Below are positions 18,527 through 27,155 of a DNA stretch of 60,770 nucleotides, piece after piece. How positions within the stretch are numbered: position 1 is the stretch's first letter; the number at the start of each line of letters is the position of its first letter. This DNA comes from Bacteroidales bacterium (GTDB lineage Bacteria > Bacteroidota > Bacteroidia > Bacteroidales > WCHB1-69): assembly GCA_038210985.1 (NCBI GenBank), contig JBBQWB010000006.1, forward strand, positions 1 to 60,770, in the 5' to 3' direction. Made by a program: the position numbers and the translations under genes. The notes beneath the pieces are model-generated. The model did not search any database and was not told the DNA's origin. It worked only from the letters and a program-made list of their open reading frames with translations.

Positions 18527-18718
18527 TTACTGATTTTCATTTTCACATTTTGTACCTTCATTGCCGTGGCAGGTACAGCCCACATTTTTACCGCTTTTAG
18601 GATCGACTGAATTACATGATTTTGTAAACTGTCCATCCTTTTTCAAAAACATTTTAATTGCAATTCCAAAAATGGCAATTGCAAGAATTGAAGCAGTGAT
18701 TAGAATTAGTTTTAACAT
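18527..18718 (-). CDS. small single-TM Cys-rich protein, NqrM-like
   Basis: N-terminal TM helix, KKDGQF..SC...CxC....C tail with 4 Cys; adjacent to apbE. Confidence 0.65.
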   Translation of the reverse strand: MLKLILITASILAIAIFGIAIKMFLKKDGQFTKSCNSVDPKSGKNVGCTCHGNEGTKCENENQ

Positions 18719-19025
18719 ACATTTTTTTAAGTGTTGAAAAACACTGCAAATATCAAGCCAAAACTAAAAAGTAAAGAAGAAAAACTCAACTTTTATCAAC
18801 TAATTGGATTTCAATTTTTTACAAGAAAACATTTAATAAAAACAGTAACTATATCAATATTTGTGCCAAAATATAAAAAGGATTATTTTCTCATTTATAC
18901 CGAAAACAATGGCTCAAACTTGAAACAAAAACAGAGTATTACAAGTATAATGCTTGTTAATATTTTATGTTTTTGAACAAATAAAATAATCATAGGTTTA
19001 TTGTTCAAACAAAAACTTGCAAATT

Positions 19026-20237
19026 ATGATTAAAGAAGTTACAGTGCCAAGTCCAGGAGAATCAATAACCCAAGTTACTGTTTCAAAGTGGCTGGTTGAG
19101 AGTGGTCAGTACATTAAAAAAAATACCGATATAGCCGAAATAGATTCAGACAAAGCCACTTTAGTTATCAGTTCGGATATTTCAGGCATTATCCAAATCA
19201 ACATACCAGAAGGTGAAACTGCTTTGGTAGGTTCGGTAATTGCAGTTATTGAAGAATCGGAGGAAAAAGAGCCGTTGGCAAACGAAAAAACATCAGAAAA
19301 TTCAGATAAAACAAATGCTGACATCAAAAAAGACCCAATAATTAGTCAAACAAAGGATGAATTCACGCCATTGGCAAGAAAAATTATTGAGGTTGATAAT
19401 TTGCCCGAAAACGAAGTTAAAGATTTTGTTTTAGGAAAAAAAATTACCACTCATGATATAAATGTTTACACAAAAGAACTTCAATCGGTCAGCACCCATA
19501 AATCAAAACGTGAAATAGACAAAAAGAAAATGTCGCCTTTACGTTTAAAGCTATCCGAGCGATTGGTTTCGGTAAAAAACGAAACTGCAATGCTAACTAC
19601 TTTTAACGAGGTAGATATGAGCTCGGTGATGGAAATAAAACAGAAGTATAGCGAAGAATTTAAAATCAAATATGGATTTAGGATTGGATATATGTCGTTT
19701 TTTGCAAAAGCTGCAACCATTGCATTGCAAAAATATCCGCTCATAAATTCTCAAATTGATGGCGAAGATATTCTTCAATTTAATTACTGCGATATAAGTA
19801 TTGCCGTAAGTACCCCCAAAGGTTTGGTTGTACCGGTTATAAGAGACACGCAGATAAAAAGCATTCCCACTATTGAAAAAGAGATTAAAAATTTTGCTAT
19901 TAAAGCTCGCGAAAATAAACTTACCATTGACGAAATGACTGGCGGAACATTTACCATTACAAATGGCGGTGTTTTTGGATCACTAGTGGCTACTCCAATA
20001 ATTAACCCTCCTCAAAGTGCAATTTTAGGAATGCACAATATTGTGGATCGACCAATTGCATTAAACGGACAAGTTGTTATACGACCCATGATGTATATAG
20101 CTTTATCCTACGACCATCGAATTATTGACGGGCGAGAATCGGTAGGTTTTTTAAAAACTATTAAGGAAATAATTGAAAATCCATTATCTATCCTATTTGA
20201 TGGAAAAGACCCCATAATCAACATTCTAGAACTTTAA
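19026..20237 (+). CDS. sucB: 2-oxoglutarate dehydrogenase E2 (dihydrolipoamide succinyltransferase)
   Basis: lipoyl motif [38 protein letters not shown]; ATG 19026 preferred over TTG 19017. Confidence 0.92.
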   Translation: MIKEVTVPSPGESITQVTVSKWLVESGQYIKKNTDIAEIDSDKATLVISSDISGIIQINIPEGETALVGSVIAVIEESEEKEPLANEKTSENSDKTNADIKKDPIISQTKDEFTPLARKIIEVDNLPENEVKDFVLGKKITTHDINVYTKELQSVSTHKSKREIDKKKMSPLRLKLSERLVSVKNETAMLTTFNEVDMSSVMEIKQKYSEEFKIKYGFRIGYMSFFAKAATIALQKYPLINSQIDGEDILQFNYCDISIAVSTPKGLVVPVIRDTQIKSIPTIEKEIKNFAIKARENKLTIDEMTGGTFTITNGGVFGSLVATPIINPPQSAILGMHNIVDRPIALNGQVVIRPMMYIALSYDHRIIDGRESVGFLKTIKEIIENPLSILFDGKDPIINILEL

Positions 20238-20252
20238 TATTAAAATTTAACC

Positions 20253-21833
20253 ATGCGATTAACAACGGATGTTCTTGTAATTGGTTCAGGCATAGCAGGA
20301 TTAAGCTACGCATTAAAAATGGCTTATCATTGCAACGTAATTTTAATTACAAAAGACGCTGCAGAAGAAACTTCTACTCGATACGCACAAGGAGGTATTG
20401 CAGCCGTAATGTACGATCCCGATTCATACGACAAACATATTCGCGATACAATGACGGCTGGAGACGAACTTTCGGATCCTAAAATAGTAAACATAACCAT
20501 CTCGGAATCAACCGACAGAGTAAAAGAACTAATTGAATGGGGAGTAGATTTTGATAAAACATCTTCTGGAAAATTCGATTTAGCAAAAGAAGGTGGTCAT
20601 TCAGAATTTAGAGTTTTACACCATAAAGATGCAACTGGATTAGAAATTCAAGACAAACTTTATTTGGAAGCAAAACGACATCCCAACATAACAATTTTAG
20701 AAAACTACTTTGCCATTGATATTATTACCCAGCACCATTTAGGCAAAATAATAACCCGACGTTCTGAAAACATCAGCTGTTATGGTGCTTATGCTTTAAA
20801 TTTTGAAACCAAAAAAATTGACACGATATTATCCAAAATAACCATGATAGCAACGGGTGGTGCAGGTCATGTGTATAGCAATACAACCAATCCAAAAGTA
20901 TCCACTGGCGACGGAATAGCAATGGTAACCAGAGCAAAAGGACATATTAGAGGAATGGAATTTGTTCAATTTCATCCAACTGCACTTTATAACCCTCACG
21001 AAAAACCATCTTTTTTGATAACCGAAGCTTTGCGTGGAGCGGGTGCAATTTTAAAAGATTTTCACGGGATTGAATTTATGCAAAAATACGATTCTCGTGG
21101 CTCTCTTGCACCTCGCGACATAGTTGCCCGAGCTATTGATAATGAAATGAAAATTAGTGGTGAAGATCATGTATATCTGGATGCTCGCTCGATTAGCCAA
21201 GATATTATTTTACTCCATTTCCCAAATATTTATGCAAAATGTCTTCAAATTGGTATAAATATTACAAAAGACTTAATTCCAGTTGTACCAGCTGCTCATT
21301 ATTTATGTGGTGGCATAGAAACTAACGAATGGGCTCAAACAAGTATTCATAATTTATATGCTTCGGGCGAATGTGCATCCACCGGACTTCATGGAGCAAA
21401 TCGTTTGGCATCTAATTCATTGCTCGAATCCTTAGTTTTTTCGCACCGAGCAGCAGTTAAATCCATTGAATGTATGAATCAAATCACCCTTAAACTAGAA
21501 ATACCAGATTGGAATGATGAAGGTACAGTATTAAACGAAGAGATGATTTTAATTACTCAAACAAAAAAAGAACTTCAAAACATTATGAGTAATTATGTGG
21601 GGATTGTTCGCTCAAACTTACGTTTACGCAGAGCATTAGACCGTTTGGAAATAATTTACCGCGAAACCGAAGATTTGTATATAAAATCAATTGTAACTCA
21701 AGAGATTTGCGAACTTCGAAATTTGATTAAAATTGCTTATCTAATTATTAAACAAGCCACCGAACGAAAAGAAAGCAGAGGATTGCATTTTAATATTGAT
21801 TATCCAAAATTTGATCGCTCTAAATTAATTTAA
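20253..21833 (+). CDS. nadB: L-aspartate oxidase
   Basis: GSGIAG, YAQGGIA, EGGHS, QFHPT, LAPRDIVAR, GLHGANRLASNSL. Confidence 0.97.
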   Translation: MRLTTDVLVIGSGIAGLSYALKMAYHCNVILITKDAAEETSTRYAQGGIAAVMYDPDSYDKHIRDTMTAGDELSDPKIVNITISESTDRVKELIEWGVDFDKTSSGKFDLAKEGGHSEFRVLHHKDATGLEIQDKLYLEAKRHPNITILENYFAIDIITQHHLGKIITRRSENISCYGAYALNFETKKIDTILSKITMIATGGAGHVYSNTTNPKVSTGDGIAMVTRAKGHIRGMEFVQFHPTALYNPHEKPSFLITEALRGAGAILKDFHGIEFMQKYDSRGSLAPRDIVARAIDNEMKISGEDHVYLDARSISQDIILLHFPNIYAKCLQIGINITKDLIPVVPAAHYLCGGIETNEWAQTSIHNLYASGECASTGLHGANRLASNSLLESLVFSHRAAVKSIECMNQITLKLEIPDWNDEGTVLNEEMILITQTKKELQNIMSNYVGIVRSNLRLRRALDRLEIIYRETEDLYIKSIVTQEICELRNLIKIAYLIIKQATERKESRGLHFNIDYPKFDRSKLI

Positions 21834-21836
21834 GAT

Positions 21837-22349
21837 ATGGCATTAATAAAAACAGTTAAAGATATAAAACCGCAATTTGGTGATAAATGTTTTTTAGCAG
21901 AAAATGCAACCATAACGGGCGACGTCATTTGTGGCGACAATTGCACCTTTTGGTTTAACAGCGTTGTTAGAGGTGATGTTCACAGCATAAGAATTGGAAA
22001 CAAGGTTAACATTCAAGATGCTGCAATAATTCACTGTACGTATCAAAAATATGACGTAGTGATTGGCAATAATGTATCGATTGCACACCGAGCAATTGTT
22101 CACGGTTGTCATATTCACGACAATGTTTTAATTGGAATGGGAGCAATTGTAATGGATGGAGTTGTAATTGAGAGCAATTCAATAGTTGCAGCTGGTGCTG
22201 TTGTTTTAGAGGGAACTCATATTGAATCAGGGTCAATTTACGCAGGGATTCCTGCAAAAAAAGTAAAGGACATAGAACCCGAAAAAGTAAAAAATCAAAT
22301 TGAACGTATTGCCGAAAGCTATCCTATATATGCTTCGTGGCATGAATAG
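21837..22349 (+). CDS. gamma-carbonic anhydrase family hexapeptide-repeat protein (YrdA-like)
   Basis: VVRGDV, NIQD..IIH, AH.AIVHGC zinc ligands. Confidence 0.92.
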   Translation: MALIKTVKDIKPQFGDKCFLAENATITGDVICGDNCTFWFNSVVRGDVHSIRIGNKVNIQDAAIIHCTYQKYDVVIGNNVSIAHRAIVHGCHIHDNVLIGMGAIVMDGVVIESNSIVAAGAVVLEGTHIESGSIYAGIPAKKVKDIEPEKVKNQIERIAESYPIYASWHE

Positions 22350-22381
22350 CATCTTCCTATAAAGTCCAATCTTTCATCGCC

Positions 22382-22551
22382 AGAAGAGTCTATCGCAGAG
22401 GACGCTTCTTTCATCTCCATAAGAGTCTTCTCGCAGAGGACGCTTATGCAAAAAATAATACCAGCAGAGTCCCTTTCAGGAGACTCTGCTCTAATACCAA
22501 TCTCCATAAGAGTCTCTCGCAGAGGACGCTTATGCAAAAAATAATACCAGC
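22382..22551. repeat. cluster of four related palindromes (REP/BIME-like) including a 52-53 bp direct repeat
   Basis: hairpins 22382..22409, 22418..22448, 22463..22490, 22505..22534 share AGAGTC...GACKCT; 22413..22465 matches 22500..22551 with one indel. Confidence 0.85.
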
Positions 22552-22581
22552 TCCAGTTGGTGCTAGTAAAATTACTTTAGA

Positions 22582-23868
22582 TTATTTTTTCAAAATACTT
22601 TTTCCAGCAAAAAAGGCTGAACTGCCAAGCATTTCTTCGATTCGCATTAATTGATTGTATTTAGCAATACGTTCGGAGCGACAAGCAGAACCTGTTTTAA
22701 TCATTCCGGTATTCATTGCCACTGCTAAATCGGCAATAAAAGTATCTTCGGTTTCGCCTGAGCGATGGCTTACTATAGCTTTATAACCGTTATCGTATGC
22801 CAATTTAATTGCGTCGATGGTTTCACTAACCGTACCAATTTGATTTAATTTTATCAGAATTGAATTTGCAATACCACGGTCGATTCCGTCTTGTAAAATT
22901 TTTGGATTTGTAACAAATAAATCGTCACCAACCAAGTGAATTTTCTTTCCAATGGCTTTTGTAATTATTTCCCAACCTTCGTAGTCGTTTTCGGCTAAAC
23001 CGTCTTCGATAGAAACGATTGGATATTTTTTTGTCCAATTGATGAAAAAATCAGCCATTTGAGCTGGGGTTAATTTTTCGCCAGTTGATTTTTTTAAATG
23101 ATACATTTTTTCATCTTGAAGGAAAAACTCACTAGCTGCAGGATCGAGGGTAATAAAAATATCAACGCCAGGTTTATATCCTGCTTTTTCAATTGCTTGA
23201 AGAATAAATTCAACTGCTTCTTCGTTTGATTTTAAGTTTGGAGCAAAGCCGCCTTCGTCGCCTACGTTAGTAGATAAACCTTTTTGTTTTAAAACGGATT
23301 TAAGGCTATGGAAAACCTCAGAACCCATACGTAAAGCATGAGCAAAAGTTTCTGCACCAGCTGGAAAAATCATAAACTCTTGAAAATCCACACTATTATC
23401 TGCGTGAGAACCTCCATTGATAACATTCATCATAGGAACTGGTAGCGTGCGAGCATTAACTCCACCTAAATATTTAAACAATGGCTGACCTGTTTCAATT
23501 GCAGCTGCCTGAGCACAAGCCATGGATACGGCAAGCACAGCATTAGCACCTAATTTAGCTTTATTTTCGGTTCCATCAATTTCAATCATTCGGCTATCCA
23601 ATTCGTATTGGTCGGTTACTATAAAACCTTTTAACTCTTCAGCTAAAACTGTATTTACATTATTTACTGCATTTAAGACGCCTTTACCTCCATAAACCGA
23701 CTCATCGTTATCGCGAAGCTCAATTGCTTCGTTTGAACCTGTTGAAGCTCCCGATGGAACGGCAGCACGACCTATTACACCATTTTGGGTTAATAAGTCA
23801 ACTTCAACTGTTGGATTGCCACGTGAATCTAAAATCTGACGGGCAAAAATGTTTACTATTCCACTCAT
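22582..23868 (-). CDS. eno: enolase
   Basis: [35 protein letters not shown]. Confidence 0.98.
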   Translation of the reverse strand: MSGIVNIFARQILDSRGNPTVEVDLLTQNGVIGRAAVPSGASTGSNEAIELRDNDESVYGGKGVLNAVNNVNTVLAEELKGFIVTDQYELDSRMIEIDGTENKAKLGANAVLAVSMACAQAAAIETGQPLFKYLGGVNARTLPVPMMNVINGGSHADNSVDFQEFMIFPAGAETFAHALRMGSEVFHSLKSVLKQKGLSTNVGDEGGFAPNLKSNEEAVEFILQAIEKAGYKPGVDIFITLDPAASEFFLQDEKMYHLKKSTGEKLTPAQMADFFINWTKKYPIVSIEDGLAENDYEGWEIITKAIGKKIHLVGDDLFVTNPKILQDGIDRGIANSILIKLNQIGTVSETIDAIKLAYDNGYKAIVSHRSGETEDTFIADLAVAMNTGMIKTGSACRSERIAKYNQLMRIEEMLGSSAFFAGKSILKK

Positions 23869-23913
23869 AATTTTTTGTTTTATATTATTAATTTTTTATT
23901 GTTTTCAAGAATA

Positions 23914-23921
23914 CAAAAGTA
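23914..23921 (-). promoter_or_regulatory. -7 promoter element for eno
   Basis: TACTTTTG on minus strand 45 nt upstream of ATG. Confidence 0.55.
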
Positions 23922-24119
23922 CGGATTATTTAATACTGGCAAGCAAAAGCGTTTTCTTTTTTCAAAACAGCTTTAATGTAGCACTTTCAAAAAACTTTAC
24001 ATGTTTCCCGAAAAATAAAGATGCAATCATTTAAGAGGACAAAAACAAGCATGTTGTTGTTTTTTTGCAAATAATAAAAAACTTATCCTAACCCAATCAA
24101 CATTCTGTAAAAACACTTT

Positions 24120-27100
24120 TTATTCTCTAACTATTATGGCAGAAGAATGTCCAGGAATCTCAACCATTCCATGGCTTACTTTTACATCCGTATATCCATT
24201 ACCAATTTTATTTAAGTCGTATTTTAATGGCACTAGACCTGCTTGATGTGCATCGCAAATTACTTTCCATTTTGATTCATCAATAATTTCGTTTACCCTA
24301 ACATTTTGAGGAATTTCTGAAACATTATGAATGACTAAAATTTTTGAAACATTCGTTTTTTTCATTTTCGAATCAGATTCGAGGGTATTATTGATAAGGT
24401 AAACTAAAACAGGTATAAATAGTCGCGATTCGGAACCTGGTGAATAATCCTTTATCGAAAGATTAATCACAACTTCCATGTTATCATTAATATGTTCGGG
24501 ACGAATGGCATTATTTCCAGAAGTGGTATAAGCGTTTTCGATACTAATCCATGAACCAGGATGCTTTACCAATTTTATATGCAATGCTTTTTTATCACTC
24601 CATTTTCCTAAATCAAACTGATTTATTTGATTTCGAGAAAACTGTATGCTACCAAACCCATTTTCGTTAAAAGTAACCTCAAACGGATTTTCGACAGGAT
24701 TTCCATCTAAACCAACCCTATGAACTTCTCCAGCAACATATATTGTCTCCGATTTTGGTCCATTGATAAAAGTGATTGTGAGTTGTTTTAATTTTTTATT
24801 CGAAAAATCGGTGAATAAAAAAGGCAAAGAAGAGCTATCGACCGCTTCGGAAATAAAACGAATCCCTTTTCGCACATTATCCGCACTTTTCATTCTTAGT
24901 CCAGGGAACGCACGTCTGATGTTTATTAAACCTTTATAGTATGCTTTCGTAGAACGAGCCATTGGTGCAAACTGATTATTTAAACGATCCCAACGGAACA
25001 TATTTGTATAATCGGGCGAACAAAATGAATTTTCGTGAAAAAACTGAGTATCCTCTTCAATATCTGTATTTATAGTATTTATTGCTCTGTTTTTTTCTTT
25101 ATCGAAATTGGATAATGGTTTTGTTCTTAAAATCTCATCTCCACCATGTATTATAATTTTACCCTGTGAAGTAAACAATAATACATTTGCTTGCTTGATT
25201 AAGCGAGCTCTTACAACCTTAGAACTGTCGAGCCAAGAAGCATTCATTTTATCCCACAAAGTTAATCCATCGTGTATCGAAAGGTAGTTTAAGCAAACAT
25301 TAGGAAACTCTGCAAACAAATTGTATGAATTGTAAAATCTATCGGTATCAAACACAACGTTAACGGGCTTAAATCCTTTAACTCCTCCAACTACACCAGT
25401 GGCAACTCGATCAATTTCATTCAAATCGCCTTGAATAAAGCCTCTGTTTTCCAATCTGCCTGTATATGAATCTCGAGAAGTGTCGTTGAAAAATCCAATA
25501 TTGATATTTTCTTTCGGATGGTTTATTTTAGTTGTTGCCGCATCCTCTTTAAAATATTCGGAATTGGTATCCAAATCAGAAAAAACCCATGCTTCGCCTT
25601 GCAAAATTAGCTCGTTCACATTTTCGGGTCGATATGTTTTGCCCACTTCGCTTCTAATCAAACGCATTGTTTCGTGATCGTGGAATCCCATTAAATCGAA
25701 TCGAAACCCATCCACCTTATATTCATTTACAAAAAACTGTAAGGATTCAATCATTAATTTTCGCACCATTCCCCTCCTACTTTCGAGGCTTGGACCAGCA
25801 CCCGTATGATTTGAAACTGTTTTATCGGAATTATAACGAAAATAGCAACCTGGAGCAATGTTTTCGAACGTTTCGATGGAATAAACATGGTTAAAAACAA
25901 CGTCTAAAATTACCCCTATTCCATTGTTATGCAATTCATTCACTAAATCTTTAAATTCAGAAATACGAGCATACGGATTTTCGGGATTTGTAGAAAACCA
26001 ACCTTCGAGCGAAAAGAAATTTTGAGCATCGTATCCCCAATTATAATTGTTTTCGACTGCATCTTTTCCTTTAAAGGAACGATCGTATTCATTTACTGTA
26101 TAAAATTTCATAACTGGCAAAAACTGAACATGGGTGATACCCAATTCGTTAAGATGGTTTATTTTTTCGATAAATCCTTTAAAAGTACCAGCAATTTCAG
26201 ATTTCACAACATTTGGCTGTATGGTATAATCTCGGACATGAGTTTCGTATGCAACCAAGTCGTTTTCGTTTGCCATAAAATCAAAATTTCGATAAGATTT
26301 GGCATTCCTTTGACTTTGAGCTTTTGGCGAATTCATGTCAATTATTGCTGCTTTTCCTACATTATCATTGGAACTTGGATTAAATGCGGCCATCGAAAAA
26401 GCATACGGATCGAGAGCCAAAGTAGATTTTCCGTATGCAAATACTCGATATTGATAATATAAACCCTCGAGCGGACGAGGAATTTCTAAGTTGTTTTCAT
26501 TTAATTCGGTCGTCCAAACTCCATTATCCGTTCGATTCAAAAAAACTTTAGTTTTTAATTTTAGCTCGTTTTGATTTTCATCGAAAATCACTAATTCGAT
26601 TTTTGCGGCTGGAGGCGACCAAACTTTAAAAAAGGCAACTTTGTTTTTTAATCTAACACCAAAATCACTAACCTCCTTGGCATAAAAAATAGTATCTAAA
26701 ATTCCTCCCACAGTTGGGTCGAAAAAAACATTAATAAATTCATCCCCAACTTTTACAATATAATTTTTTGAAAAATCAAGTTTTGGCAAATGAAGATAAA
26801 TAAGGGTATCGTTTTCGTATTTAAAATTTGGCATTTGAGGATTCACAGCTAAAAAACCATCCGAAAACGCATCTTTTTGTTCATAATCGTATTCTAAAAC
26901 AGTAATTTCGGAGGGTTTAAATTGCTTTGGAGCATTTAGTTTAAGCTCAATTGTTTCGGGAGACACAATAAAAGCCGAATGAAACAAAGAAACATTGTTT
27001 AATTTAAATATATTGTAATCGTTAACCATTGCCATAAATTTATTTTTTTCCTGTTGTTGAAATAACGTTGATGCATTTTGAGGGGAAACACAAAACCAAT

Positions 27101-27155
27101 TTACTGAAAAAGATATCAGAAAAATTATATTGATCATCTTTTTTGGAATACTCAT
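24120..27155 (-). CDS. pullulanase (GH13 debranching enzyme) with CBM48 and putative signal peptide
   Basis: FKVWSP, DPYA, YNWGYDAQN, DVVFNH, DGFRFDLMG, QGEAW, IHDG. Confidence 0.9.
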   Translation of the reverse strand: MSIPKKMINIIFLISFSVNWFCVSPQNASTLFQQQEKNKFMAMVNDYNIFKLNNVSLFHSAFIVSPETIELKLNAPKQFKPSEITVLEYDYEQKDAFSDGFLAVNPQMPNFKYENDTLIYLHLPKLDFSKNYIVKVGDEFINVFFDPTVGGILDTIFYAKEVSDFGVRLKNKVAFFKVWSPPAAKIELVIFDENQNELKLKTKVFLNRTDNGVWTTELNENNLEIPRPLEGLYYQYRVFAYGKSTLALDPYAFSMAAFNPSSNDNVGKAAIIDMNSPKAQSQRNAKSYRNFDFMANENDLVAYETHVRDYTIQPNVVKSEIAGTFKGFIEKINHLNELGITHVQFLPVMKFYTVNEYDRSFKGKDAVENNYNWGYDAQNFFSLEGWFSTNPENPYARISEFKDLVNELHNNGIGVILDVVFNHVYSIETFENIAPGCYFRYNSDKTVSNHTGAGPSLESRRGMVRKLMIESLQFFVNEYKVDGFRFDLMGFHDHETMRLIRSEVGKTYRPENVNELILQGEAWVFSDLDTNSEYFKEDAATTKINHPKENINIGFFNDTSRDSYTGRLENRGFIQGDLNEIDRVATGVVGGVKGFKPVNVVFDTDRFYNSYNLFAEFPNVCLNYLSIHDGLTLWDKMNASWLDSSKVVRARLIKQANVLLFTSQGKIIIHGGDEILRTKPLSNFDKEKNRAINTINTDIEEDTQFFHENSFCSPDYTNMFRWDRLNNQFAPMARSTKAYYKGLINIRRAFPGLRMKSADNVRKGIRFISEAVDSSSLPFLFTDFSNKKLKQLTITFINGPKSETIYVAGEVHRVGLDGNPVENPFEVTFNENGFGSIQFSRNQINQFDLGKWSDKKALHIKLVKHPGSWISIENAYTTSGNNAIRPEHINDNMEVVINLSIKDYSPGSESRLFIPVLVYLINNTLESDSKMKKTNVSKILVIHNVSEIPQNVRVNEIIDESKWKVICDAHQAGLVPLKYDLNKIGNGYTDVKVSHGMVEIPGHSSAIIVRE

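Noticed and set aside
18731-18976. 81-aa ORF between the NqrM-like gene and sucB
   Set aside because: GTG start in a very AT-rich divergent promoter region; no recognisable features
22319-22537. 72-aa ORF on the minus strand
   Set aside because: Translation of the palindrome cluster; overlaps the end of the gamma-CA gene
22382-22551. CRISPR array
   Set aside because: Units differ from each other, the intervening sequences are short, uneven and themselves repeated, and no cas genes are present
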